DNA of 64,000 bases from Erythrobacter sp. (lineage in GTDB: Bacteria; Pseudomonadota; Alphaproteobacteria; Sphingomonadales; Sphingomonadaceae): positions 53,072 to 117,071 of the forward strand of contig NZ_JBDXIY010000006.1 in the NCBI RefSeq assembly GCF_039988855.1, written 5' to 3'. This document shows, in pieces, positions 1 through 11,315 of this stretch (the stretch's first letter is position 1; each line of letters opens with the position of its first letter). The translations under genes were made by a program, and so were the position numbers. The notes under the pieces were generated by a model. That model was given only the letters and a program-made list of their open reading frames with translations, did no database searches and was not told where the DNA came from.

Positions 1-649
1 GACTTACGTCGTCGAACAAATCCTCCCACGAGATGGCATCAAGGGTACTGAGATTGGCGATCGCGCGTGCGACCCGTTCATTTGCTTCCAGTGCATGCGC
101 CTCGCCTGCCCATGAGGTGGTCGCGACGGGCACGTCGAGCTGATCGCACAGCAGGGTCGACAGGGTTTCCACGAGGATCTCGACGCAAGCGATGCGAAGC
201 ATGGCCGGGAACGCCCAGAGTTCTCCGATGCGGAGCGGCGCCGTGCGCTGATAAGCGATCAGGAACCGGCTCAGGGCCGATGCCGAAACCTGCATTCGGC
301 TCAGTTCGAGAAAACGGTGCGCGAGCACGAAGGCACGCGGGAAGCCAATGGTTTCTTCACCCTCGAGGGCTGGCAGTTTGCTATAGAAGCCGGTCGGCAG
401 ATCCTGTTTGATCTGCCTCAGCGCGCGGTGGACCACATAGTCATTGTCGAGCAACCATTCCGCCGCCTTGCTGGCTTCGGCCCCAGCCTTGGCGCATGCC
501 AGGCAAGCCGCACGCAGCCACTCGAGGATGGCATCGGTTCCCGTGCGAGCGGGAATCTCTTGCGCTGCTTGCGGGGATATCCGGTCCTCCTCGGCAAACT
601 GGATTGCAGCATGATCGAGCGCCGAGAAATCGCTATTAATGTCCGACAT
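1..649 (-). CDS. NdvB/Cgs-family (cyclic beta-1,2-glucan synthase-like) protein, N-terminal fragment. The ORF continues past the left edge.
   Basis: Edge-open ORF absent from the track. My translation from ATG 649-647 gives MSDINSDFSALDH..AAEWLLDNDYVVHRALRQIKQDLPTGFYSKLP..RIGELWAFPAMLRIACVEIL. This matches my recollection of the AEWLLDNFY and IGELWA motifs near the N-terminus of NdvB/ChvB. The start overlaps the upstream stop (TGATG). Confidence 0.5.
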   Translation of the reverse strand, partial: MSDINSDFSALDHAAIQFAEEDRISPQAAQEIPARTGTDAILEWLRAACLACAKAGAEASKAAEWLLDNDYVVHRALRQIKQDLPTGFYSKLPALEGEETIGFPRAFVLAHRFLELSRMQVSASALSRFLIAYQRTAPLRIGELWAFPAMLRIACVEILVETLSTLLCDQLDVPVATTSWAGEAHALEANERVARAIANLSTLDAISWEDLFDDVS

Positions 650-1674
650 CAGCTGGCGAATTCAGTTTCCGCAGCGAGGGCCTCGAACATGAAGCCAGAG
701 CGGCCCGGTTTGGCCAATGGAATCCGAAGGTCCGGTTGGACGATGAATGTCGGGCAGGGCGCACTTTTCGCCAGAGCGCCGGCGACACTTCCGTAGGGCG
801 CGCTGGCAAGGTTGGTCTGGCCATGGGAAGCGACCACAACAAGGTCGATTTCGAGGCGGGATGCGATCAGATTGAGCCGCTCGCACGTTTCGCTGTCGGT
901 TCCGAAATACACGGTAGCGTCGATGCCTTGCCGCAGGAGCCTCAACTTCCATGTTTCGAGATAGTTGCGGGCGCGCGCGGAGGTATTGCTCCTATCGGAA
1001 CCGGCCTGTGTTTCGAGTGAGGGCAACTCGGCGGTTGGAGAAACAATGTGCGCCAGGATCACTTGCGCTTCTAGCGACTGGGCAAGCCTTGTGACAACCG
1101 GCAGCACGCTCTCGGAATTGGGCGATCCATCAAGCGGCACCAGAAGTCTGCGGTACTCGGCCGAACATTTCCTTTCGCGTCCCGAAGGAAGTAGAAGCAT
1201 GGATGCTGCGCCGCTTTTCAGCAGCCGGTCGGCGGTGGTGCCCAGGCCTGAATGTGGACCTCGCCCGCTATGCCGCGCGAGGACGAGGACCGACCCGCGA
1301 TGACCCTCCGCCCAGTCTATCAGCCGTTCATGGGCGGTCCCCGGGAGAACAACGGGCAGCACATCCGAGACCGTCTCGCTTGCCTCCCCAATAAGCTCGC
1401 CTATGCCGTCGCGGCATTCGGTGAAGCGCAGGTTCCACTCGATCGGGTCGGCAGGAAGAACCCCATGCGGGGCCGTTTCAACGATCTGGGCAAAGCCAAG
1501 CTGCAGGTCGAGAGCTTTCGCGATTGCGCGCGCGTGCCGTGTCACTTCGAGGCGGTTCATGTCTTCGTCCAGACAAGCAAGAATTTGCGGCGCTTGGCTA
1601 GAAAAGCGGGTGCGTTCGTCTCCAACCGGCGACCTCAGCACCGTGCTGGCACGTGATCGGGTATTCGTCGACAT
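649..1674 (-). CDS. Tandem-domain universal stress protein (UspA family)
   Basis: Track ORF 649..1779. It has two Usp-like halves (LLVPLDGSPNSESVLPVV.. and ..LVVVASHGQTNLASAPYGSVAGALAKSAPCPTFIV). I set the start at ATG 1674 (MSTNT) because GGAG lies 9 nt upstream. Longer starts are possible. Confidence 0.7.
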   Translation of the reverse strand: MSTNTRSRASTVLRSPVGDERTRFSSQAPQILACLDEDMNRLEVTRHARAIAKALDLQLGFAQIVETAPHGVLPADPIEWNLRFTECRDGIGELIGEASETVSDVLPVVLPGTAHERLIDWAEGHRGSVLVLARHSGRGPHSGLGTTADRLLKSGAASMLLLPSGRERKCSAEYRRLLVPLDGSPNSESVLPVVTRLAQSLEAQVILAHIVSPTAELPSLETQAGSDRSNTSARARNYLETWKLRLLRQGIDATVYFGTDSETCERLNLIASRLEIDLVVVASHGQTNLASAPYGSVAGALAKSAPCPTFIVQPDLRIPLAKPGRSGFMFEALAAETEFAS

Positions 1675-2034
1675 GGCAGTACGCTCCGGCATCATCGTTT
1701 CGCCCAGGCAATCATGCCTGGTGCCCCCGCGAATGGATTTTATGGCACATCGGCCATCAGACGCAGGAAGCACCGGCATGGTCTCACCAGCCTCATGCAG
1801 GGCAGCGAGACTTCTTCTCGAAAGCCGGCCGATCGGGGAAGGCCGACATATACTTGGACGCGAGCGGCACTGATCAATTACACCCGCACCATTGGTTCGC
1901 GTGCGGTCTCGCGTTCCAAGATCGAACCGGGATTATCGATCGGTGGAGGCTCTGGCCCGGCGGGGCATCTTGCTCACCAGACTGCGCGCAAGAGTCGATG
2001 CGCATTCGCCTCCAAGCGAAGAGGCTCTGCCCTG

Positions 2035-2220
2035 TCAGGGCTGCGCAATGTGCGCCGGCGGCCCGCCTTGCTGCCGATCAATGTATTTCTCGGGGCGCTG
2101 ATCGAAGCGCCGCACGCACTGAGCCGAGCAGAAGAAATAAGACCATCCCAAAAATTCGCGGTGGGCCTCGACGGTCTCTAGCGGAATGCTACGCTGGCAT
2201 ACTGGATCGGTCACCTGCAT
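2035..2220 (-). CDS. YHS/TRASH-domain metal-binding protein
   Basis: From the internal ATG at 2220: MQVTDPVCQRSIPLETVEAHREFLGWSYFFCSAQCVRRFDQRPEKYI. This fits the DPVC...YFFCS..C YHS pattern. The start lies 3 nt after the upstream stop. Confidence 0.75.
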   Translation of the reverse strand: MQVTDPVCQRSIPLETVEAHREFLGWSYFFCSAQCVRRFDQRPEKYIDRQQGGPPAHIAQP

Positions 2221-2222
2221 CG

Positions 2223-3338
2223 TCAGAACGCCGTTCCATGTTCGCACCACACGCATGTGCAGTCCTGATGGTCGCAACTTGGGTCATGTAAGCCCCTGCG
2301 CAGGCGACGTTCTGCAGCGGGGAAGAGCATAGCGTGGAGAGATGATGCCGCATACAGCTTGTGCAGCCTCTCTCCCGTACTGGCTTGCATCAGTTTCGCT
2401 GTCACCCAATGGCGTCCTGTCGTTCCGATGCTGTTGAAGACAAAACGATTGACGATGCCCGCCTTCATTCTCGGTAAAAGCAAACGGCGCCACAATTGCT
2501 CATAGCTTCGATTTTCGAGGATGCTTTGTGCAGCGAGCGCGCCCGAAGTGATTGAATAGCGTAAACCAAACCCCGCAAGGGCATCTTGGAAACCAGCATG
2601 CTCGCCCGCAACCGGATGGCGCCCCTGGACTGCGCTTCTTGGGAGTCGCAGATTTCCATAACCGCCGAAGGCTTGTTCGTTACGCATCACGAGCCCGACT
2701 TTCTCCCGGAAGAAATCACAGGTTCGCTCGACAAATTCCTGTTGCCGTTTGAAGCCGCTAAAAAGACACGCTGCGATAGTCCCGCGGCCTTGATGGACGA
2801 GGAGATAGGCATAGCCTCGCGGTGCCAAACGGTCGTCGAAGGCAATGTAAGCTCCATCTTCACACTCGGTTTCGAATACATATCCCGAGGCGATAATATC
2901 GGCTTTGCGCGGTCCCCCGGCGAGGATCGTTTCTCCCTCGGTTTCGCGAACGCGACTCCCGAAATGGACCCGCACACCAAGCGCCTCTGCCTGCTTGAGG
3001 AGCCCATACTCGAGGCTTTGCACCGATCCGCCGCGCTCAACGAGATAATAGAGTGGGCGGCGCGCTGAAATCTCGTGCCGCCGTCCGCGCGCATCGAAAC
3101 CCGTGCCTGTCCGGACTGGATGGGCCAGGAAGTTGATATCGATCCCCCAGCTTTGGAGTTCGCACAGCGTATCCTCGTCGCAGCTCCAGTTTTCAAGGCC
3201 CTGGAAATCGCCGTGAAACCGCGCCCCGACGTGGCGGTGCCATTCGTGAAGCTCGACATCCCTTCCGCCTTTGGCGAGCACGATCGCCGCGGCGAGACCC
3301 GCCGGACCTGCGCCGACCACTGTAACGGCTGCGCTCAT
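2223..3338 (-). CDS. FAD/NAD(P)-dependent oxidoreductase (geranylgeranyl-reductase-like)
   Basis: N-terminal dinucleotide-binding fold VTVVGAGPAGLAAAIVLAKGGRDVELHE. 371 aa. Confidence 0.75.
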   Translation of the reverse strand: MSAAVTVVGAGPAGLAAAIVLAKGGRDVELHEWHRHVGARFHGDFQGLENWSCDEDTLCELQSWGIDINFLAHPVRTGTGFDARGRRHEISARRPLYYLVERGGSVQSLEYGLLKQAEALGVRVHFGSRVRETEGETILAGGPRKADIIASGYVFETECEDGAYIAFDDRLAPRGYAYLLVHQGRGTIAACLFSGFKRQQEFVERTCDFFREKVGLVMRNEQAFGGYGNLRLPRSAVQGRHPVAGEHAGFQDALAGFGLRYSITSGALAAQSILENRSYEQLWRRLLLPRMKAGIVNRFVFNSIGTTGRHWVTAKLMQASTGERLHKLYAASSLHAMLFPAAERRLRRGLHDPSCDHQDCTCVWCEHGTAF

Positions 3339-3390
3339 TAGGTCAGGTCAGTCGCGAACCGCGCCCCGGCAGGAATGGAGCAAGTTATTG

Positions 3391-4044
3391 TCACCTCCCT
3401 GGCTTGGCGGAGACGAGCGTGCGAAACTTCGGGAAAAACCGGGGAACGCGTGCTGCGTACTGACGATAGCGTTCGCCGAACTCGGCGAGTGCCTCTCGCT
3501 CCTCCCGCAGCGACAGCCGCCAGTACATGAGGAGGAGGATCGGGAACATGGCCAGCGTAAGTATGGTCGGCCACTGAACCAGAAAGCCCAGCATGATGAG
3601 GACGAAACCGACATATTGCGGGTGGCGGATGCGAGCATAAGGTCCTTCGGTTGCAAGTGCCCCCCCCTTCTGTGCCTGATAGAGCACGCGCCACGCGGCC
3701 GACAAAAGGATGAAACCACCTCCGATCAATCCAAAACTGAGGAGGTGGAACGGACCGAAATGCGGATTGCCGCGCCAGCCAAACAGCATTTCGAGCAAAT
3801 GACCGGAATCGTGCGCGAACCAGTCAACCGACGGATAATTGCTCTGCAGCCATCCGGACAGGAAGTAGATGGTAAGCGGGAAGCCGTACATCTCGGTGAA
3901 AAGCGCCACGAGAAAGGCGCTGAACGCCCCAAAGGAGCGCCAATCTCGGCCCGATTTCGGCTTGAAAAAGCTGAACGCAAAAAGAATGAAGATCGCCGAG
4001 TTGAAGGCGACCAATATCCAAAGTCCGTATGCGGAATCGTGCAT
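3391..4044 (-). CDS. Isoprenylcysteine carboxyl methyltransferase (ICMT/PEMT) family membrane methyltransferase
   Basis: Polytopic protein. GPYARIRHPQYVGFVLIMLGFLVQWP is the conserved ICMT-type motif. Confidence 0.75.
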   Translation of the reverse strand: MHDSAYGLWILVAFNSAIFILFAFSFFKPKSGRDWRSFGAFSAFLVALFTEMYGFPLTIYFLSGWLQSNYPSVDWFAHDSGHLLEMLFGWRGNPHFGPFHLLSFGLIGGGFILLSAAWRVLYQAQKGGALATEGPYARIRHPQYVGFVLIMLGFLVQWPTILTLAMFPILLLMYWRLSLREEREALAEFGERYRQYAARVPRFFPKFRTLVSAKPGR

Positions 4045-4046
4045 CG

Positions 4047-4388
4047 TCAGCGCACTCCTCTTTCGTTGCCCGGCCGGTCATTAGCCGCATAGCGGGAGGC
4101 AGTTTTCTTGGACGCGCTATCGGTTGTCTGGTCATGTGCGCCATGGTGCCCGGAAGGTGGTGTATCGGCTTGGCCATGCCCGCCGTGTCCGCCATGCCCA
4201 CCGTGCATGAAGAGGTGGATGCCCACGCAAAACGCCAGGATCAATCCGAGCAGATAATAGTCGCCGGGGATATGGGCCTGATGCTCGAACAGCAGCAGAA
4301 ACCCGGCGGCGAGAAGAAACACGATCACCGTTATTCCCGCGCGCGTTCCAAAAAATGGCCGATCCGGACCACTTGTCCCCTTTCGCAT
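4047..4388 (-). CDS. DUF2933-like small membrane protein with a His/Gly tract
   Basis: One or two TM helices followed by MHGGHGGHGGHGQADTPPSGHHGAHD. The stop lies 3 nt before the ICMT start. The DUF number is from memory. Confidence 0.6.
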   Translation of the reverse strand: MRKGTSGPDRPFFGTRAGITVIVFLLAAGFLLLFEHQAHIPGDYYLLGLILAFCVGIHLFMHGGHGGHGGHGQADTPPSGHHGAHDQTTDSASKKTASRYAANDRPGNERGVR

Positions 4389-4577
4389 AGTTATTCCTCA
4401 ATCGCAGCGCCGCGCCTCGTTTGGCGGCGCTTCAAGAAGTAGACGCAGAGGCGGCCGCGTTCTTACAGGGAGGCTTTCTTGTGGTGCCCGAAACCACCCA
4501 CGCCGGACTTGGAAGTGTAAGTTGATCACCGACCGCTCGTCTTTGGGAACACAATCATTCAAGACCTGAGAGGCGGT

Positions 4578-5951
4578 ATGACCCAGAGACAACGAGGAAA
4601 ATCAGCGCGTCACGAACTTGGTCTGCGTGCATTGAAGCCGGCCTTGCGCGCCGTCGTGAAGGCTGGTCGACTTACAGTCATCGGTGCTCACGCGACGCGA
4701 CTGGTCATCGATTCGGGTGCACCAGGACCCTCGGTTGCGATCAAGCTTCATAGCGCTGCGCTGCCGTTCAAGCTTCTCTCGCGCCCCTCGCTTGCGCTCG
4801 GCGAGGCCTATATGGATGGGTCCCTCACTGTGGAGGACGGATCCATTCGCGATCTCCTTGCAATTGTTACTTCCGGGCTCGACGGACTTGATGAATTGCC
4901 GATCGAACGCCTCCGCGCACCGCTCGCGCGCATAGCCACCCGTCTCACAGGCAACCGGCGCCGTAAAGCGGCCAGAAACGTCGCGCGTCATTACGACCTT
5001 TCGAACGAGTTCTATGCACTCTTCCTCGACGAAGACTGGCAATACTCGTGTGCCTATTTTTGCGAAGGTTGTTCCTCGCTAGAGGACGCTCAAGCCGCAA
5101 AGCGCTCCCATATTGGTCAAAAGCTGATGGTAGGTGAAGGCATGAGCGTCCTTGACATTGGCTGTGGCTGGGGCGGCCTCGCGATCGAATTGGCAAAGCA
5201 GGGCGCGGCCGAAGTGTTAGGCATCAGCCTTTCGCAAGAGCAACTGACGCTGGCGCGCCAGCGCGCCGAGGAGGCTGGGTTTGCAGAAGAGGCGCGGTTC
5301 GATTTCTGCGACTACCGCGACCTTCAGGGTGAATTCGACCGTATCGTTTCCGTCGGGATGTTCGAACATGTCGGCCCTGCCAGCTACGGGTCCTTTTTCA
5401 GAGCCATCGAAGAGCATCTTGCTCCGGATGGGGTCGCCGTCGTCCACTCGATCGGGAGAATGGCTCCCCCGGGCGGAAAGGATCCCTGGGTCGACAAGTA
5501 CATCTTTCCCGGCGGCTACATCCCGTCGCTGTCAGAGACCCTGTCCGTCGTCGAGCGCATGGGCCTGTGGGTTACCGATATCGAGATCCTGAGGCTGCAC
5601 TATGCGGAAACGCTGGCGCATTGGTACGAGCGCTTTCAATCGCGCCGCGAAAAGGCGCTCGAACTCTTCGACGAGCGCTTCTGCCGGATGTGGGAGTATT
5701 ATCTCGCCGCCTGCGAAATGATGTTTCGCAATGGCAATCTTATGGTTTTCCAGCTCCAGCTTGCGCACAAGCGGGACGCGGTCCCGCTGACGCGTGAATA
5801 TCTCTACGCCCCACGCGATCAAAGCGCCGTGCCGCGCGATGCAGGCGGGAACCATTTGCGCTGCAGCTGCTCAGCTCGCTCGCGTTTGCTTGGGACGTCG
5901 AACTCCGAAGGGGTTCCACCGATGCGCTACGATGGTTCGTCGACCAGCTGA
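4578..5951 (+). CDS. cfa: Cyclopropane-fatty-acyl-phospholipid synthase family SAM-dependent methyltransferase
   Basis: SAM motif VLDIGCGWGGLAIELA, plus VSVGMFEHVG and YLAACEMMFRNGNLMVFQLQLAHK, typical of the CFA/CMAS family. The C-terminal ~50 aa extension is unverified. Confidence 0.8.
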   Translation: MTQRQRGKSARHELGLRALKPALRAVVKAGRLTVIGAHATRLVIDSGAPGPSVAIKLHSAALPFKLLSRPSLALGEAYMDGSLTVEDGSIRDLLAIVTSGLDGLDELPIERLRAPLARIATRLTGNRRRKAARNVARHYDLSNEFYALFLDEDWQYSCAYFCEGCSSLEDAQAAKRSHIGQKLMVGEGMSVLDIGCGWGGLAIELAKQGAAEVLGISLSQEQLTLARQRAEEAGFAEEARFDFCDYRDLQGEFDRIVSVGMFEHVGPASYGSFFRAIEEHLAPDGVAVVHSIGRMAPPGGKDPWVDKYIFPGGYIPSLSETLSVVERMGLWVTDIEILRLHYAETLAHWYERFQSRREKALELFDERFCRMWEYYLAACEMMFRNGNLMVFQLQLAHKRDAVPLTREYLYAPRDQSAVPRDAGGNHLRCSCSARSRLLGTSNSEGVPPMRYDGSSTS

Positions 5952-6265
5952 GGTTGAACGGCAGAACAAAGGCACGTCCGGTAAGAGTCGAGCCGCTTGT
6001 GAGGGTGCAATTCGCAAGCGGTTGCGAAGCACAGCATCTGCGGTGCTGCCAGCGATGCGAAATTAATTGCTGATCGAAAGCATTTGTACGACCCGTCTGC
6101 GTAGTATCGCCGAGCCAACGGTTCGAAACGAACCCACGCTTCGGATCGCGCCCATCCGTGCCGTGCCTGTTCTGGCATTTGAAAATCGAGGTCACCATGA
6201 CAATTAACATCACGATGCTCTTAGCCAATATGCGTAACTTCTCGCACGAGCCGCGGCAGATTGCC

Positions 6266-7009
6266 TCAGCGGCGCTCTCCCATCAGGCGAAGCAGGAACA
6301 GGAACAGATTGATGAAATCGAGATAGAGCGTCAGGGCGCCCAGTACGATGGCCTTGCCGCGAAACTCGGTCTGCCCGACCTGGAAATAGATGTTTCTGAT
6401 CTTCTGCGTGTCATAGGCAGTCAGGCCCGCGAAGATAAGCACGCCCAGACCGCTGACAATCAGGTCCATTGTCGAGGATTGGAGGAACATATTGACGACC
6501 AGGGCAACGAGCAGGCCGACAACCCCCATGATCAAAAAGGCGCCCCAGGCCGATAGATCTTTCTTGGTTGTATATCCCCACAGGCTCAGGCCGCCAAAGG
6601 CAGAGGCGGCGGCGAAAAAGGTCCGGGCGATGCTCACCCCGGTATAGGCGAGGAATACGGTCGATAGCGACACGCCCATGAGTGCCGCATAGCTCCAGAA
6701 CAGCGTTTTCGCGGTCCTTTCCGAGAAACGATTGATCCCAAATCCCAAGGCAAAGACAATGGCCAGGGGTGCAAAGATGGCGATCCAGCCCAGCACCGTT
6801 GGCGCGCCGGTAGCGGAAAAGAAGATCTCGCGAATGCTGGCGGTATTCGCGACCCAAAGTCCGACGATACCGGTAAGAAGCAATCCGCTCGTCATGTAAT
6901 TATAGACGCCGAGCATGTATGATCGCAGCCCCGCGTCAAACGTCCCCGAGGGAACCGATTGAGGGGTAGAGGCGCGATCAAAGCTTGTCGCGGATCGGTG
7001 GTCTTCCAT
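6266..7009 (-). CDS. Bax inhibitor-1/YccA family membrane protein
   Basis: Seven predicted TM helices. LRSYMLGVYNYMTSGLLLTG and a C-terminal LYLDFINLFLFLLRL are typical of BI-1/YccA. I chose the start at ATG 7009 (MEDHR), which has AAGGGA upstream. Confidence 0.8.
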   Translation of the reverse strand: MEDHRSATSFDRASTPQSVPSGTFDAGLRSYMLGVYNYMTSGLLLTGIVGLWVANTASIREIFFSATGAPTVLGWIAIFAPLAIVFALGFGINRFSERTAKTLFWSYAALMGVSLSTVFLAYTGVSIARTFFAAASAFGGLSLWGYTTKKDLSAWGAFLIMGVVGLLVALVVNMFLQSSTMDLIVSGLGVLIFAGLTAYDTQKIRNIYFQVGQTEFRGKAIVLGALTLYLDFINLFLFLLRLMGERR

Positions 7010-7057
7010 AAGAAGAATTCCCTTTCTTGCGCGGATCGGCACCTCGCGGCCCGATCG

Positions 7058-7585
7058 TTAGTCGTGGGTATAGGTAAAGTGCGCCGTGACGGCGGGGACC
7101 CGGTGCATTCTTGGCGGCGTATTCTTGGACGGGGAGGATTGCATATGCGGGGGGCGTTCGACCTCGATCCCGATCCGGTATTTGATGCCGCGTTGGAATG
7201 TCGTGAAACCACCGAAAGTGAGCGCGCCGGCGACGGTCATGGGTTCCAGACGGATCGTTCGCTGCAAACCGCCGGGCTCGGTGATATGCGCCCTGACCTT
7301 CGCATCGGTTATCCGGGCGCCGGAAGCCTCGTCGAAAACGGCCGCAACGATATGCATGCTGTGCGAACCGGCGGGCACGCCGCCGTGCATCCTCGCTTCG
7401 GGGTGGCTCTTGGCGTGGCCGCGCACTGTCGCGGCAGGCACCACGCCCAGATACATCACTAACCCGTCCGCGGTCCTGACACCATCGACCACCCCTGCGT
7501 GACTGTTGGTCGGCGCCATGACCGCTGCGAACATACCTGCCGCTGCAACCAGCGCGATTGCTGACCGAATGTGTTTCGAAATCAT
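7058..7585 (-). CDS. Secreted protein of unknown function
   Basis: Signal peptide MISKHIRSAIALVAAAGMFAAVMAPTNSHA. GGAG lies 6 nt upstream of ATG 7585. The mature part is His-rich. I recognise no family. Confidence 0.5.
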   Translation of the reverse strand: MISKHIRSAIALVAAAGMFAAVMAPTNSHAGVVDGVRTADGLVMYLGVVPAATVRGHAKSHPEARMHGGVPAGSHSMHIVAAVFDEASGARITDAKVRAHITEPGGLQRTIRLEPMTVAGALTFGGFTTFQRGIKYRIGIEVERPPHMQSSPSKNTPPRMHRVPAVTAHFTYTHD

Positions 7586-7723
7586 ATCGGGCTCCATTTG
7601 CGTGAAAGGTAAGACGCATGGGGAGGACGGAAATTACATCGCGCGGGCGAGCGGCATCGGGACTGCGGGGTCCGGAAAACGCGGTATCGCTCTTGCCCGC
7701 CTGCGCCAAGACGCGCTTGGGTC

Positions 7724-9430
<1,707 letters not shown>

Positions 9431-11245
9431 CTAAAGCCCCGCCAGTGCCAGCATTGCTGACGCGCCTTTTTCGGCCTCGTCGGCGTGCTGGCGCATCATC
9501 GCAAAGAGCTCACGGCCCAGCCCTTGCTCGTCCCGCGGCGGCAGGGCGGGTTCGCGGTCGTTCCAGTCTTTCTCGCTCACCAGGGCTTCGACCACGCCGT
9601 TATCCGCAGACAGCCGCACCACGTCGCCGTCGCGCAAGCGCGCGAGCGGACCACCAGCATGCGCTTCGGGCCAGACATGGATCGCCGCGGGCACCTTGCC
9701 CGAAGCCCCTGACATACGGCCGTCCGTGACAAGCCCGATGCTGAGTCCGCGGTCCTGAAGGACGCCCAGAGGTGGCATGAGCTTATGCAGTTCGGGCATC
9801 CCGTTCGCGCGCGGCCCCTGAAAGCGCACGACGATCACCATGTCGCGGTCGATCTCCCCCGCCTCGAATGCGCGTAGCACGTCATCCTGGTCCGGAAAAA
9901 TCCGCGCCGGCGCCTCGATTGTCCAGCGTTCGGGGGCGACCGCGCTCGTCTTCATGACACAGCGACCGAGATTGCCGGTGAGGAGCCTTATCCCGCCATC
10001 GAGCGAAAACGGTGCCTGAGCGGTTCTCAAAATGCTTTCGTCGCGGCTTATTGTTGCACCGCTGCGCCATACAAGTTCATCACCATCTAATGCCGGCTGC
10101 TTTGCATAGGCACCGAGATCGTTCTTCCAGACGGTCAGGACATCTTGGTGAAGCAAACCTGCCTCGAGGAGTTCGCGGATGACAAAGGCCATTCCGCCTG
10201 CCGCTTGGAAGTCGTTCACATCGCCACCGCCATTCGGATAAATCCGCGCCAAGAGCGGAACGACCGTGCCCAACTCCTCAAAATCGCTCCAGTCGATCTC
10301 CAGGCCCGCCGCGCGGGCGATGGCCGGCAGATGAATGGTGTGGTTGGTCGAGCCGCCGGTTGCGAGCAGGCCCACGGCAGCATTGACGATCGCCTTTTCG
10401 TCGATGCAATGCGCTAGCGGACGGTAATCTTGGCCCTCAGATCCGATCTCGGTAATCCTGTGGACGGCAGCGCGCGTAAGTTGCTGCCGCAGCTTCGTGC
10501 CGGGATTGACAAACGCAGCGCCCGGCACGTGGAGGCCCATCACCTCCATCATCATCTGGTTGGAATTGGCGGTGCCGTAAAATGTGCAGGTGCCAGGGGC
10601 ATGATAGGAGGCGCTCTCGGCTTCGAGCAGCTTGTCATGCCCGATCTTTCCTTCGGCGAAGAGCTGGCGGATGCGCGCCTTTTCCCGGTTTGGGAGCCCT
10701 GACGGCATCGGCCCGGCGGGCACGAGGATCGCAGGCAGATGTCCGAAACGGAGCATGCCGATCAACAAGCCAGGCACGATCTTGTCGCAAATGCCGAGGA
10801 GGAGCGCACCTTCGAACATCGCGTGACTGAGCCCTACCGCGGTGGCGAGCGCGATTGTATCGCGGCTGAACAGCGAGAGCTCCATGCCGTCCTGGCCCTG
10901 GGTGACGCCGTCGCACATCGCCGGTGCGCCGCCCGCGATCTGCGCTGTCGCGCCGACCTCGCGGGCAAAAATCTTGATTTGTTCGGGATAGCGATAATAG
11001 GGCGCATGCGCGGAGAGCATATCGTTATAGGCGGTGACCACTCCGATGTTGATCGCATGGGCGCCCGCGATGGTCTGCTTGTCCTCGCCCGAAGCGGCAA
11101 ATGCGTGCGCCAGATTGCTGCAAGAAAGCGCGCTTCGTCGCGGGCCGGCATCCCGCTGACGGTCAATGAAGGCGAGATAGGCGTCGCGTCGCCGCTTCGA
11201 ACGGTTGGCAATACGGGCAGTAACGGCTTCGACGACAGGGTTCAT
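9431..11245 (-). CDS. edd: Phosphogluconate dehydratase (Entner-Doudoroff pathway)
   Basis: 604 aa. It is collinear with E. coli Edd as I recall it (..CSNLAHAFA.., [52 protein letters not shown]). Confidence 0.92.
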   Translation of the reverse strand: MNPVVEAVTARIANRSKRRRDAYLAFIDRQRDAGPRRSALSCSNLAHAFAASGEDKQTIAGAHAINIGVVTAYNDMLSAHAPYYRYPEQIKIFAREVGATAQIAGGAPAMCDGVTQGQDGMELSLFSRDTIALATAVGLSHAMFEGALLLGICDKIVPGLLIGMLRFGHLPAILVPAGPMPSGLPNREKARIRQLFAEGKIGHDKLLEAESASYHAPGTCTFYGTANSNQMMMEVMGLHVPGAAFVNPGTKLRQQLTRAAVHRITEIGSEGQDYRPLAHCIDEKAIVNAAVGLLATGGSTNHTIHLPAIARAAGLEIDWSDFEELGTVVPLLARIYPNGGGDVNDFQAAGGMAFVIRELLEAGLLHQDVLTVWKNDLGAYAKQPALDGDELVWRSGATISRDESILRTAQAPFSLDGGIRLLTGNLGRCVMKTSAVAPERWTIEAPARIFPDQDDVLRAFEAGEIDRDMVIVVRFQGPRANGMPELHKLMPPLGVLQDRGLSIGLVTDGRMSGASGKVPAAIHVWPEAHAGGPLARLRDGDVVRLSADNGVVEALVSEKDWNDREPALPPRDEQGLGRELFAMMRQHADEAEKGASAMLALAGL

Positions 11246-11315
11246 GCGCGGTCCCTCCGGGACGTTTGGGGAATGCCACTAGCCGTGGCGTGTGCTGCCT
11301 GGCTGTGCATTTGCC

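Noticed and set aside
1900-1950. tRNA-like T-loop string (..AGATCGAACCGGGATT.., the reverse complement of GGTTCGATC) in the intergenic region upstream of the Usp gene.
   Set aside because: The flanking 5-mers do not pair into a T-stem, and I could not fold an acceptor or anticodon arm. It is most likely a chance match. I found no tRNA, rRNA or tmRNA anywhere in the window.
4406-4431. 8-bp GC hairpin AGCGCCGC-N10-GCGGCGCT, 18 nt upstream of the DUF2933-like start codon.
   Set aside because: Short GC-rich stems are frequent in this genome. There is no T-tract and no second copy, so I could not tie it to a function.
5800-5951. About 50-aa C-terminal extension of the cfa-like ORF (..AVPRDAGGNHLRCSCSARSRLLGTSNSEGV..), considered as a possible frameshift or fusion.
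   Set aside because: There is no evidence of a second domain or of a frame change. It may simply be a late stop codon. It cannot be resolved without homologue alignment.
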